Positions 39,201-54,200 of a stretch of 64,000 nt of DNA are shown one piece after another. Within the stretch, counting starts at the first letter, position 1; the number at the start of each line of letters is the position of its first letter. The stretch lies in the NCBI GenBank assembly GCA_002633005.1, contig NMRA01000082.1, forward strand, positions 655,731 to 719,730, in the 5' to 3' direction. The stretch is from Phoronis australis. Taxonomy: Eukaryota > Animalia > Phoronida. A program made the position numbers and the translations under genes. The notes beneath the pieces are model-generated. The model did not search any database. It saw only the letters and a program-made list of their open reading frames with translations, and was not told the origin of the DNA.

Positions 39201-42200
39201 GGAAAATTTTTGAAATACCTTTTAAGTAATGCAGGAACAAAGTAAGACATGCTGCATGATATCCGAATTGTGTTATCGAATTGCTTTATTCCAAGAGGAC
39301 CAATAACCTGCGGGACTTTTACTAAGAAAAAGCGTTACTCCATCAACTAAATTGTACATCAGAGCTTACTATTTTTAACATAAAATAATTTATTGTGTCA
39401 TTATTTCTCATTTTAGTTGTAGAACGCACTGTGTGTGTTGTTTTTAAAACTTCATACTTTCCCGTGTAGTTCTAACACACAGGCATATTGCGTCGTCTTA
39501 TTTTCATTCGCTTGCAAAGCTGTATTTGCGCCACACAGATGCAAAACTCGCCATTTCTTGTCACGAGGGGTGTTAAATTTGGCCCTCTTGAAACTTTCAA
39601 CCTAATTGATTACTAGTAAAATTATTATTCGAAAAGAATTACCATTCTGTAAACCAATAGGCAATTCTTCTATATAACTATTCTCGTCCACGGAGGTAAA
39701 AAATACATTGTACGTCTAACCTATGCCAAGAGAGATGTATTTTAGAATTTTGGGGGTATTGATGATTCTGAGACTTCCTGAGCTGAAATTATTTTAAAAT
39801 TCGTGTGTTTGTTTTTGAGATGTGAACTTTTTAATTCATTTCAGTGAAGGGCAAGAGTTTTTTTGTGTTAAAGGAAGAAGGGAGAATTGTTCCTACAACT
39901 GTTATTCGAAAACAGGAGGGTAAAAGCATCACTGTCGAATGTATTGCCAGGAATGAGAAGGAGTTTTTAGTGGAAGGTGGATTCGAGCCTATCATTCAAA
40001 AGCGAGACGTAAGACTGTTATGCATACTTCCTGGTTCTAGAGGACTTTGAGGTTACTCAATGCAAAATCATCGCGGTAGCTACTTGAATTATTTGTCAAA
40101 CATTATCAATTTGTTGTACCGGTTGTTCCCGAAATTAGTGGTGGTATTAGGTGGTGGGCCGAGTTTCGTAGGGCTTCAAAAATACTTTCTGTGAGTAGTT
40201 TTGGGGGTGGTATTTTGGTGCTTTTTCGTTCGTGCAAAGTTGCATATTATTGAGAAACTTGGGTTAAACGTTTAATTGCAGGGTTATTTTTTCGAGCTGG
40301 GAATTAATAAAGTCTTCAAATGCCTAATAAGGCATCCATCTATGTGCAACTGGTACTTCTGATGGTATGTCTACCATTTCTGCTTGGGCCAGTGGAGACG
40401 GTGGGTAAGGGCTGGGCAGCCTAGGGGCGTGAGCCGGAAGTGATATTACTGAACACACTCGGAAAAAGAGGTGTACCTAACACAATCTCATATCTGTTTT
40501 CTATTCAAAACTATAAAGTTTTCCCTTTTTTCTTACTTGTAATGTGGTCCATGACATAATTCACCTGCTTGCAAATGATGTAGGCCTACTCACGCGTCAG
40601 AATGTACGGATTTTAGATTAATTTGTTGTTTCAGACTTTGAAAATTTGATTGTTTTCATTGGAAAATCTTGGACAACACCTGTGTCACTTTCTCCAGCTT
40701 CAAATTTAATGGTACTGTTGGTGTCTTGAAACATTTGGTATAAATTTCTATGCCCTTCCAATTTTTGTTCCGACGCCTAGTCTTCTATAGGAGAATAAAA
40801 GGACATGTTATAACATAAGCCAGTGGGGGCAAAACACGTGTGGCACCTCTTTTCCATCTTCACTGATCAACAGAGTTGCACAGTCCATCAGCCTTTTCCA
40901 GGATGCTTCTGTAAGCTGTATGATACACTTTGAAATATACAGGCATCTAACTCCAATGAACTGACATTGTTAAGTACTAGTCAGCACAAAATACAATCTG
41001 TCTGGTGACTTTTATAGAAAAGTGCCACCAAGTGGCAGAAATGTGCATAACATTTCTTGCTACAAAATATATTTAAAAATGTTCAAATTTATGGAATTTG
41101 AATTACAGCAGTACACTGTATCAGCTAGACACACATAAGAAACGGGTTACTCAAGAAAGTACTCAAAACAATGAATGTTACGACATTCGATAGTCCACCA
41201 TTTCAAGCTTAAATCAACGCAAACTCTTTGACGTATCAACAACTTTCAACATTTCCAAAAATAAAATATGTATCCCACAGTAGTCTTTCAAAAATCAGCA
41301 AGAACAGTTATGAGGGTTGGCAGATACAAAGTATTGGAATTTTCTTGAAACTGGTACTTGCTGTCATTTCCAAAGTCTAACGGCCATTAGGGGCTGCTGC
41401 ATTAGTTGGAGTTGAAGTCAACAGTTAGCAACGTCAGTCTACTATAAGAAGACCCACATAGGACGATACCTTGACTTCAACTCCAACCACACCAAAGGAG
41501 TCAAGAAGGGTACAATCGAAAGCCTTGCATCAAGGTCAAAGGAAATCTGCAGTGATACAACACTCCAAGCAGAAATGACCAACCTGACGGAGACATACGA
41601 AAGAAATGACTACCCAAGGGATTTCATCAAGTCGGCTTTAACATCGCAGAGGAAAGACAAAGTGACAAAAGAACGCCCACTGCAGACCGTGCTTACCGTA
41701 TATACCCGGAATAACCGAGAAGCTAGGACGCATATGTAGAGAATTTAAAATATGAACAGTATACCGCAGCTCAGACACACTGGGTCGGTGATTGACAAAA
41801 GTCAAACCAAGAACTGACTTGGGAAAAAAGTAAAATGTCATCTATGAAATCCCATGTGAATGTGGTGAATTGTATATCGGTTGAAACATTAAGACTACTG
41901 GAGACAAGAATTGCTGAGCATAAGAGGTGTTGTAGAGAGGGTAATACCTCATCAGGGGTAGGAGAACACATGTGGTCGAAACAACACAACATCCAGTGTA
42001 ATAACATCCGAATACTTGACAGTGAAACAGGTTAGACCAAGAGAAAGATCAAGGATGCCATGTGCATGAAAGTACAAGGCAATGTCTTCAGTCAGCCAAG
42101 CAAACAACCAAGTGACAAAAAATCACACCATGAGTGTACCACCCAGCCGTGCTCGTTCTTCTAAGAACGCGGAACACCTGGCCGGAGAATAGACCGACCG

Positions 42201-45200
42201 AAACGTCGTGACAGTGTATATAGACTAGAGGTCGGTGTAAATAGACCAAGAGATTTTAATGACACCTCAGAGCGGTTTTAGGAAGTCAAGCGTAATGGTG
42301 TCTCATTTCAGACGGTACCCTTTCTTAGTGGAGCATTTTTCCCTCTATACATGTAAATCCCACGCTGCCAAGTATTCACGATGTAAGCCATTCGACCCAA
42401 ACAAGCTAATGTGAAAAAATACAGCAGGACTGCGGCCATCGAAAGGGTGGACTTTTGAAGAACGTGAAGATCGTTATTTCTGAATAACACCAATGGTTAG
42501 CTTTAAAATAAAGTTACTGTTTCCCGTAGAATCACAACAATAATATCTCTTTTGAAGATGGATACTAAGAGTTGTTTGTAAGGAATGACGTTTCAGTGAA
42601 TTTAATTGCAGCCTGAAGTTGGAAAACTCTATAATCCGATCCCCAAATAGTAAAGTTCACTTATAGACAATTTTTGCATATCTAAAATAACTCTCAGACA
42701 TTGATGAAATTCTGAATCACAGAGCCTAGATAGAAAAAAAAAATAAAAATCCTTAAATAAATAACATTAAATTGATTGCTTGGATATGTTGTCTTTGCGC
42801 TTCCTTGGGGTTTTTAGTTTCCAGTAGTATTGAGCAATGAATTTTTGTTCTTCAAAACTGAATTGATTGCTTGTTCTGATTAGCGTGCACGTCATGACGG
42901 ACGTACCCAAGTTAAAAATAAGATATAACCATGCAGTAGGCCCGCGCATAATCTCAGTGATTCACGGGAACTGAATTTGACTTCCAGGCGTTCAGGAAGT
43001 GTGTACATTTTTGGAACACACCATCCTTTTCCCAAGCCACTAGAAACTGGACTAGGCATTTTAAAACAGCACCAGAGACACTACACCACGGACTTCGGGA
43101 CCTCATCTTTTCAAAAATCTCCTTCAAAGAATAAACATAATAAAATGAAATTATCCAGAAACTGGGTCAGAGTAAAATGAATCTTGGCCTTAGATCGAGA
43201 GCAGACGGTCGGTATGAGCTTCCTTTCTCAAGTGAATCATAGTTGAGCTGACCAGCAACTAGCTTTAGTTCATCGGGAATTTCGTATCTTCACACTGTTT
43301 GATCTCACCTACAGTATAGCTACTTGAGGCAGCTCTCCTCGCTACCGGTCCGTGTACTAGACACATTCTTACTCTCCGTCTTCGTTCACGGTTGCTCAAC
43401 GCTTGATGGCTTCATCCCCGGGATTGTCCGACAGACGGATCCAGGATTTTGAGTTGGGGTGCAGGGCAGAGTATTAGCCAGAGTATTACTCGTCAGAAAT
43501 TCGCACCTCCGAATTGCCAAATGGAATCCGGGGCATGGCCCCTTGGTCACCCCTAAATCTGCCACTGTGATCCCACCTAGGTCGGACGTGGGAGATTCGG
43601 TACAAATATGGTAGCATCGGGAGCACGGGGGCAAGTGACGGGAGGTAGTGACGATAAGGTGGGGGTTGTTTGGCGAAGTCGAAATGGTTTGTTTCTCCCC
43701 AATAATATTTGCCTTCCCACGAGCCTGAAAGAATAAACCATATGCCACTCTTTGTCAGCTTTTGGAAGTCCTCCGCGTATGTAAATAGACACACTCGTTT
43801 ATCTTCAATCCGTAATCAATATTTATATTGTTTAGCTTCTTAAGCCATCGATATTCAACGTTAGAAAACCACAAGGTGAATACCGCCTTATTAAACATTA
43901 TTTGCTTATGCATTTTGAAAGATTGTCAGTATTGAAAGGCAGAAGTGTCTACTGCAGCGTATGGTAGGGGAGTTTACGCTTAGTTGGTTATTGCTTGCAC
44001 CCCACAATGCGGTCATCATAACTGTGTCCGACTCTGTCGCCGCGCTTTCTTTGATCTTGATTAAAGCTTCAGCTTATTGGTGATGGACCAATGGAAAAAA
44101 TTCTAGCTCATTTTTACAAATGCGTCTTATTGTTATAAGCCCATTACTAACATCTTCCTAAAATCAGCTTTGACCAGTCATTAACGTTGCACTTGTGACA
44201 GTTGTAAAGTATATTTGAACATGCTCCGTGGTTGAGAATGTTGCCCTTTGACGTCTCTGTTCTGTGAGAAGTGTCCGTTTTCTTCTCTTTTTGTTGGCTG
44301 GTGTTAAAACACGACCTAACAGACGACGTCCACCTACTGCATTAAGAGGCCACAGCTTCCCAACACTGGGAGGTTGATATATCCACAGTTTGCGCTTGAA
44401 CACGTGCTATTAACAAAGCATGGGCTTTCCTGTAAGTCTGGTTCCAGAGGTAAGTTATCCTTAATGTATGTCCTTGGGATTCACCAACAGTCCATCAGGC
44501 GTGTGGGTAATGATTTTGTATGTTCTAGGCAAACCTGCCTGAGTTAAAATTTTATTGTTGGAGATACGATCCTACCATTTGCTGCTAAGTATCCTTCTCA
44601 TGCAGCGGAAATGTATTTTGCTACAGGATACATTAGATAAGAAGAACAAGGACCCTTCAGAAATAGAAGACCTTTCCTTCCAACCCACACGATTCAAACT
44701 AGGAAAGGTCGACGTTGGAGTTTCTGGTTCTTTCTGGAATTTTAAAGCAAAGATGACAATTTCAGGTAATTATGAAAGGAGGGCTTTTTAGATGCCTTCT
44801 TTTATTTTTGCCTACCCTAAAGCGTCCTCACCGACTACAGAAGACAAGTTCTTAAGTGTAATTTGCAAGGTCCAAGTATGTTAAATTGCAAAAATATCTT
44901 CAAGGTATTGCTATATGGATGTATTTTATTCAAATTATCGTATAGTTTTAGCTTCACTAATTTTAAAAAAGCGAAAACAAAAAATCCATGAAAAGTTGAC
45001 CTTTCACAACGTGACATGGTGTTGGGAACACAAGCTAGATCATATCCCATAATGCAGTTCACCACCATTATATGACAGTACAGACGAACAAAGACCGTCC
45101 AATCTTGGCGTGTTTTAGCAATGGTGCGTTCGGTGTGTGTGTGTGCGCTGTTCTAAAACCTCCCAGGTGGAAGGAGTGAGTCCATTTAAATTCCCAAAAG

Positions 45201-48200
45201 ACAAGCATCTGGCCTTGTAATGGCACGTTTTCGTAGGCACTGCTTGTCTTTGGAAAATGATTTTCGAGTCAGTCCTCTGTCGGAGCCGAAATATGCTCCG
45301 ATCATTTTGAAGACGGCTGCTTCGACGACAAACACATCATGAAGGTTGAAGCTGGTTTTGTAAACAGGTAATTAAGTTACCTTGATAAATTTGATGTCTA
45401 AGAATATATGATGCATTTGAAAGATTTTGTTATAAATGGATAAAACTAAAAGCCGCAGCAAAGAAAGCTAATCTCAAAAGGTGCATGCATTTTGAAATGA
45501 ATGCAGACTATAAAAAAACTAAAACACGTTGGTAACTCAATTCCAAGGTATTGATTATTTGATTACTTTAAAAAGTAATCTGCTTCAAAAAAGGATTAAA
45601 ATCTATTTTTGACTTTTGCTTGAAGGTTATAAAGGTAGGCGAAAACTTGCAATTAGATATCGTCATGTATTACTTTAATAGTGGACTAATCTGGATTCAA
45701 GATGTTTTTTACTTCGGAACTGCAGCTGTTGTGCTTTTCAGAGTATGTAAATGAAGTAGGGGAGAACACCTTGCACCGAAACAAAAGAGAAGCTGGTAAT
45801 CATGAAATTCGCTGAGGCAATGATGCCCCTCCAATACCGACTGCTGGTGCACCAGATGTGTCCAATGAGGATTCCGTGGCACAGATGAGCATCCATTATC
45901 CAGATGAATTCAGATTGGCTGCTTAGTCAATGGACAGCACTGGAATTTCTTTCCGTCACATAAGTGACAGTCACTACCAATGTTTTAGATTAAGTTTTTG
46001 ATAGTGGTACAGGTGCGACAATATCTTCCGAATTGTACGACAGAATAATCACTTGCACAGAACTCGAACATTTTCCTGGGAATTTTTGAGTGAGTGGTAC
46101 AAGCACAACCTCCATATTTCCCACTTTCTACACACGTGCGTAATTTTTGTGTTTTCATACCATGTCATAGATATCTAAAGCTATTGCATACTGGAGCTTT
46201 TGGGTTGAGATTCAGTGGTTGCTGTGCTGTGTTAGTTGGTATCTCATTGACTCACAGTAGAACTCGCTAAGTTGGATCCAGTGAGACTGAGATATTTCAT
46301 CAAAGTCAGCGTTATTTGGAGGCGTTACTGCGGAATTTATGCTAACCTTTCGAAAGTACCCACTGAAGCACTACCAATTTAAAGAGTTCTACTGTATAAG
46401 GAGAGGGCCAGGAGAATCAGTCTCGACCTCAGACAATGGCTCAAATTCAAAACTTGATTTTTATGTAACAGCCATACTGTTCAATATGTTCGCTTCAAGC
46501 ACACAAACTGGAATCCAGTGAGACCAATGCCTCTGTTTACCTACTGTAGGTAAAACATAAGATTGATTGATGTTGAGTTTAGAGGTTTATAATGTAGTCC
46601 TAGTTAAATTACACTTGTTATCACCATGTTATTAAAAGTAACCAGATTGATGAGCATCAATAAATGCCACTGGCTGCGTCAACTATTTACCATTCTGAAA
46701 CCACACAAGTCTATTTATGGAGTGCCAACATAAGTTTCATGCCGCTGAGGTGGCGCTGCGATTGCATTTGTTTGTTACGATGTTTTTTCTATGGAATTTG
46801 CCACTAAAACTTTTTGCAACTCATCCGCATTGCATAAGGCTAGTCCCCAACTTTTAGTAGTAGAATACATAGGTCATGTGCAGGAGTTGGCATTCCAGGG
46901 CTAAGACAACAGTTGATATCTATAAATGGATGAAACTTTAAAGAAAATCCGTGGAACTCAAAGTCCTCCTCATGTCCTGGCGGAAGGTAGAAGCTCTGAC
47001 GCAGGCTACTGGAAAAGCTGGAATAACACCACGGACAATTCGTTCTAAGTGACCGTGTACCCATCTTTGGAACTGTCTGTAGGTCACGTGTCGCATACTT
47101 TTATTCAAGGGTCTGTCATAGCGGCTGCATATGACTAAATTATAAAATTCCGATTCTTTCATCCTCTTCTTTACACTTCCCAGTCGAATATTCCAAAGTG
47201 GTTCTCATTCACTCCCTTGCATACATTTATTCACTCTTTAGTAACACCTTGCTCAGTCTCAGAGAAGTAGGAGACGATTTAATGCAATGCTGAAACTTGC
47301 AATTTTCCCTTTAAGAAAATTTCAATCACGAAGCTGATGAGCCGTTGCACGTGATCTTCTATGAATTGAGATACGAGGTTATCTCAAACCTAACTCATAT
47401 ACATGTATCAAAAACAGGCGATGCTATTTAGTTAAAGACAATTTATGTATCTTGGGAGAGAAAGAAAAATAAAAAAAGAAAATGTGAATTATATTGTGGC
47501 ATTATTTTTAGTATTACGTTACCGCATGTTTAAAGTCAAAAATATATTTTCAAGAAATGTATATTTGTAACAAAATAACAGCTCCTCCGATTTTATTAAA
47601 CCCTTTTTAGGTTTGAACATAGCAATATGCCTATCAAAACGTCAGATAACCGAGACATGAATGAATTTGGGTGAGGGTTTATATCTGTTTTTCATGCTGC
47701 TGAAAACAAACAATACCCCGGTGCATTTGTCTTGCGTTTTTAATGGTCGTACACATGCATAAGGGATCAAAAACTACGTTTCGTCTTTCGCGGCATTGTT
47801 ATATGGTACGTACATGTATGTGCTCAATAATAGGGCAACTCACTAAATGAAAGAGGGTGTGAATTGAGCGATTGCCAGGATTTTGATTGACAAGTTAACT
47901 GACCAATCAGAACACACTATTTTTGACACGCCTTCGTGTGCCTTATTAAGCCGCCATTTTACTTGATGAACTACAGTGTACACGTTATCGTTACAGCTTG
48001 TTTTAGACTACAGGTCAAGAAATTATGCGATAAGAATAGTGAAACGGTGTTGCTATGACGTGTGTAATTCCGACAGCCGTTATGCAGCTCGAGAAGAATA
48101 TGCTGTCACTTTTTGGAAATTCTCTAATCCGAAAATTGATGTCGAAAAGTGTAAACGATACATGTAGATCAAACTCTGTTGACTGGCACATAAGCAGATG

Positions 48201-51200
48201 AACTTGGCAATGTAGCTTGATTCACAGATGTGTAACGAACAAAAATGACGCCGTTTCTATTCTCCGTTACAATGGCATTAAAACACCACAGCTCTAAATA
48301 TGTAAATAACTTTGTATAGCAACGTACAATTCAGTTAATGTTATGAATATAGCAATTATAACTATAATTATAAACAAAAATGTAGGCAGTATTGTTGTTC
48401 AGATAGTAGTTGAAGGTTAGAAACAAATGGAATTATGCGCTCATTTTGTGGTTGTTGAAACATGATACTTAGATTGATGAAGGTTTAATAAATAAATTTG
48501 AGTTTTTTTTTTGTAAATAGTCCAGTGGCGAATCTATGATATCACAAGGGGGGCCCAACATTTTGTCTGTAAGCATTTGCTCAAAGCACGATTGTAGATG
48601 CGCACAGCACCGAATGGGGGGAGGTCGGGAGGGGGGTTTGCCAAGGGAATTTTTCTGTTTTTCCTCTAAAAATCAAGCATTTTCCTTGATTCCCGAAGTA
48701 TTATCAGAGAAAAAAAGGCAAAAAAGTAGGAGAAAGTATCAAACAGGAAACACTGCAAGCGCCACAGGCTCGAACTCAAGACTTGGCGGATAGAGCGCGC
48801 GTGCTTTACCACTGCACCACCACGATTTAACTCCAACTTCGATACTAAGAGGCCTATTTGTTTATGGTCCACAGCCTTTGCGCGCAAAACCTTCTTTTTG
48901 TAATGCTTATTACATGTTTGTATTTTGTGCAATCAGTTCGTAACAAATTTGTGGTATTTAAAATAGTCTTCAATTGCCCAAAAGACCAAATCCGTTTTTG
49001 TGTTTGCAATAATGACCCGATTGCTTTGGAAATCGTCTTAAGTTAACTTTTGACAAAGAGAGAATTATGAGTTTCTCAGTGATTCACTAAGGATTCGATT
49101 AAAATTGACATCTTACCAGTAACCTGTTTTTTCATCATCACAAATATTCCATTTTCTTTAAAAAATAAGTAATTTTCTTCATTTCGCAGTGGAGCAGACG
49201 ACGGAAACGGAGTCGTAGTGCGCAGCGTCACTGCCGGTCGCCTGTGACATCACGGAGAGCCTATACTTAGCCTTAGTTCCGTTACAATTGCGCCGTGTTC
49301 CGAATTTGAAACTTGAAATTGGATCTGACCCCCCCCAAACACTAAAACTGCACACATTTAAATCTTTTTTCAGCTGCATAATTTTAATTACCGGGGTTAA
49401 TAAAATTATTGATGAATCTTCAATGATTGTGTTCAAAATATCTTGAAATCTAAGGCGTCGTACATATACTTACGACTTAAATGTACATACCCGGCTTTAC
49501 ATGAACGCATTGCGGTATGTCATGTTGAACGTCTCGGTTTCGTCTGCACTTCTTAGAATATAACGCTTTGAAGGAAATTGGTAAGATTGGACGTCATTTC
49601 CTCCCACTTGGTCCTCATGATTCGGTAAATCTGTCAATCACTGGTAATTCAACAGTTTTAAAGGAGCATGCCACCCAAAGAACAACTTAATTTGTATCAA
49701 TTTAGATCAAGTAATTCTACTCCAAAACGCCAAGTACGGTTGCGTTACCTGACGGCAGACGGAGGTGTCGAAATTATCCAATGACGTAATTGGTTTCACA
49801 CGCAGTCTGTTCAGCAGTTCACAACACGGGTTACTGGTGTCAGCTTATCGCTTGAATTCATCGTTTAACACAAAAAATCATCAAACTTCGATGTAAAACC
49901 CTTAAAGATGCACCGAGTTCTTATAAGAACGTGTTGTTTTATTTCGCTGTTACGGATTTATTGGTATTTGGACACACCGTAGCCTACAAAGTTCGGCAGG
50001 CCAATATCGTGGTCCATAGCATGAGTTTGGGGTATGTTCGGAGATAAATTCGAAGTATTTTCCGTGAGATACAGACAGGAGAGCCTAGATCTGTGTTGTT
50101 TAGACTTGTGATTTTTTTTAGTTCTCAAACGCTTGTTATCCTGGCCAGTGGCTCGGAGACCCATCAGGCCCGTCACAGCGGCCGGCTGGCCCCGGGGCCA
50201 GTGGCTCGGAACCTGATAAGACATCACGAATATAAACCAGCGAAAGTTGGAAACCAAACTTCCAGTCAAGAAAATACTATACTGGTGAGCCAAAGTAATG
50301 TGCACGTGATTATGTTGGTGAATTACGCACGAAACTCCAAATCTACTTTCTCGTCGGGGGCCGCGAATTCAGGTTCCGCTTTGGCCACAGCACCGTCAGG
50401 GCAGAAGTTGTACATTGACAATCGGCATTATTTTAATAATGTAAATGTAAGTAAAGACTCCCCTAACACAAGGTCGTGGGATGGAAAACGACTGAGTTGT
50501 TTCACAACAGTTTTGATAGCAAACACTTAAATTAGCATGAGCTCACACGGCCTCGGTGTCCCGTCAATTAGTTTCATTGCACCTAAAGCTGGTAACGCAG
50601 TGATTTATTCACTGCTGCCTTCTCAAATCATTTGAACTCACGAACACTCCAAAGGCATTACAAATTGCATCTAATGAGGCAGACTTTTTTAAGTTTTATA
50701 TAAGCATTGGTTAGGGTGAGAATAATTCATTTTGAAACAGAACGCTCAGTAACAAACATCGAAATGGCAATCCCGTGTGCCTTAGACGAGAGCTCATCAG
50801 TCGAACCCGACGAAGACTTCGCAGGGGGATCGTTAAGTTCCACAGTCTATCAATTCAAACAGGAATACAGTGATGAAGAGGCGCCGTAAACAAGCTCAGG
50901 CAACGGAACGTATGGATAGTTATTTGATAAGCCGGCATTCGTCGACGACTGCTGGTCACAGACACGGAGATGTTTTACGGCCTTATACTTGCTATTTACA
51001 GCGTACTTTTCATTCTTCACTACCACGAGCCATTTTCTAAGCATTTCGGACTCTCGAGGAAGTCGAAAAAAACGATATACCCGCTTTCCTCGCAGCTGCA
51101 TAGCGGGAATGATGCACCAACATATCGGCTTTCACTCTGCAAATGAGCCACTGACGTCGCTAGCGTCGTTTCTCACCTTCCTCACATGTTAACGCGACAA

Positions 51201-54200
51201 TTCTTGGCAAGATAAGGTCGACCGTATTCGTGGCTATGTGGATATAGACCGATTAAGACGTCAAAAAAAGACTAATTAAATCGGGTGGCATTCTCCTTTA
51301 AATTATAAACAGCTATTAAGTATTTTGACTTGTCTAATAATTGTCCTTTCAAGTACCTGAAGAGAGAGCTTAATTTAGATCACGTGCCGAAATGACAATG
51401 GTCTCTATCTGTTGTTACTTGAAAAGAACTGACTGTTTGTTGTACTCTGAGACTTCCTACCAAGGGTTGATCTTAGCGCATATACTTATACATGTCCGCA
51501 GAGCTAAAAGTAGAAGATTCTGGAAAAATAAGATGTGTCATGACGTGGGCTCGTTCTGGTATAACCAAGGATTGGTTGGTTTCCCCTGAAGTTACCTTCA
51601 ACGTTGTAAGTAAGTATCCTGAAATGCAGTGGATTCAAAGATATTGTTGGCTAAATGGGGGGACATTACTCACATAAATTACGTGCATAAGTTCATTCTT
51701 GTTTTGATGCGTAAAGTAATCATTTGCTGCGCAAAGTTATGATTTGCGGCGTTAAGTACTTATTTGCGTCGTCAAGTGATTATTTGTGGTGTAAATTTAT
51801 GTCTAGGTCGGGAAAAATATTTGCCTCAAATAATTAGTTTACTCCGTGAACTAACAATTACTTTACGCAGCAACTGATTAATTGATTGATTAATTTAAAC
51901 CAATATGTTTTACTGGACGGTGTAAAGCTGTGTTTACTTGTGACGTTATACGTTATTTTACGTCGCAAATAATTGCTTTACGCCGTAAAACTTACTTTAC
52001 ATGTACCTCGCAACCAATTAATTTATGTAGCAAATAATTATTTAACACCCCAAGTAATCACTTCACACCACAAATAATTACTTAATGCCGTAAAAATAAA
52101 AAGCTAATTTACGCAGCAAATATTCGCATTGCTCATCGAACAAGAACGAGCGTAACGTTGTCATATTTTGCACACAAAAGAAAACAGAATGATACAACCG
52201 ATTAGGTGCCTTAAACACTTGAGACGACTGCAAACAGTACTACATAAAGTTAAGGCATGCTTCTCAATCAATTGGTCTCTTTGGTTTAAAATGTAATTGT
52301 CCAATTTGTTATCAAATCCTCATTTCATGAGCGTGTACTTTCTTTATTGTTGTCTTTACACGTTCCTCCTTAAACCTGCAGTCCTACATTACTCATCCCA
52401 CTCTGGAAATCAAAATGATGTTGCACAGGACGCTTTGCATACGGCATCAGCATTGCAAATGGAAGGCAGACGTGAACCTGTCCATTGCGATTCAAATAGC
52501 TTTCTGTCCAATTGCCAACTGATACGTAAGCAAAAAACAGAAAAAAATGCCTTCCTGCTCCGTCGCGTAGGGAAAGATCCCCAAGACGATGACCAAACAA
52601 ACTGAAAATCAGAGACAAAAAGTCTTTTAAGGGCCCCTCGTTGTCCTTCACTTCCTGTCCAATTAGAGCGCATGAACACAAGCTGTCCTTCCCTGCAAGA
52701 TAAGCGGCAACAAGTAGCATATCGTGCTGTAGAAGTGTAGGCCAGAAGTTAAGAATCTGACGACATAAATCGCCTGGACATGTGCCTCCGTTGTGATTTT
52801 GGCAATGAGAAAGTTTGTGCGCAGTAGAAATGGTTTCCCTGCAACTGGGTTGCGTACTGGTGACCTCGTACAGTGTAAGTTGTCTGCAGGTCTTGCACAA
52901 ACAAGCTGACGCTAGGGCCCACCACCCGCGTGTGCTGCAAAGTCGGTGCAATAGCATGGCAAAGGGTTCGAATGATGACTTTCATATGGGCACTACCTTC
53001 CAAGAGAAGAACCGCGTGACCTGAAATCCAGAGGGAGAGAAGACGGCCGACATGTCAGTGGGAACTGATCCTGGTGATTCCAACAGGGAAGCGTTAGCAG
53101 TGACTACCAGGTCTCAGACAAAATGGCGAAAAGAGGATGTTCTAAGGTATGTTACTGCAAACGGTTAACATAAAGAAGGCGTTTGATGTATCATACAGGT
53201 GGTGGACTAAAACAGTTCAAAGAAATCCATCATTAAGATTCACCACGAAGAAACTGTGAGCAGGCTGAAGCCGAGGTCGAACGAAAGACCATGGGCAATA
53301 CGTCATACCTGATAGAGGTTCACCGAGGGAAACTCTATCGGTTGTTTAATGCAACGGCGGTCACGAGGTGAAACAAGTTGTCGTAGCGAACACTTTACAG
53401 AAGGCTGTGATGAGGCCCGCCCATGAGTCCGTACTCGATCGACGGCTCGGTGTTACGAAGAAAACTGGCCGGCAATACCCCCAATTTTTATTGGCCAGGA
53501 GTGGCATCAGAAGTGACCCGATACGGTAGATCACGCGACATCTGTCACAGGACAATCCCGAAATGTCGAGTGACCAATGCTCCGCTGGGAGAGATGTACT
53601 TCACGGAGGAGTCTTTCAAAAGGATCTCTTTTGATCCAGTTTTCGACAGACAAATTGTACATACTCATGGTGTTGTATTTCGCCACCAGGTACATGGAAA
53701 CATTGAGCAACCGAAGATCGATAAAGAGCGTGTGGCTTAAACCTTGGTAGAAGCCTTTAAGAGAGTAGGGTTCCCGCGAGAGACTGTGAGTGATCGTGGA
53801 ACGCAGGTCACAGCAGAAGTGATGAAGGACGTCATAAGGCTCGTTAGTGCACAACAGTTGTATAGGAGCATCTAAAACCGAGGAGTAGTATTAAGTGAAC
53901 CTCAATCCTGGTAGACGTCAACTAAAATGAAATCGTGCGTTGCAAACTTGATATTTCCGAGGTCGTGTCGGGAGGCGTGAGCATAACCAATAACTGGGGC
54001 CCTTTCGAGCCATCTCTTCATCCCAGAAGCTCAAATGTAATCGCAAAACTTAACACCTGTGAAATATGACAGTTCGATGTGAAATGCGTGTGCTGTTGAA
54101 CACCTATTTGATGCCTTCACTTGAAAGGAATTTGCATCAATTATTTGAAACAAGTTGCTTACGGAACTTTGGGGAAATTTAGGGGAGAGTTGGGCACATT

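Larger units (their letters stand above)
47895..49620 (+). mobile_element. Second deleted ISL2EU/Harbinger-like copy
   Basis: THAP VKRCCYDVCNSDSRYAAREEYAVTFWKF.NPKIDVEKCKR. 49401-49510 matches 33110-33215. Confidence 0.65.

Noticed and set aside
34675-51609. RAG/RSS-type rearrangement of the V exons
   Set aside because: I saw no heptamer-spacer-nonamer signals beside the exons, no J-like FGxG segments and no RAG-like ORF.
51690-52155. CRISPR-like array
   Set aside because: The context is eukaryotic, the units are degenerate and inverted, and there are no unique spacers or cas genes.
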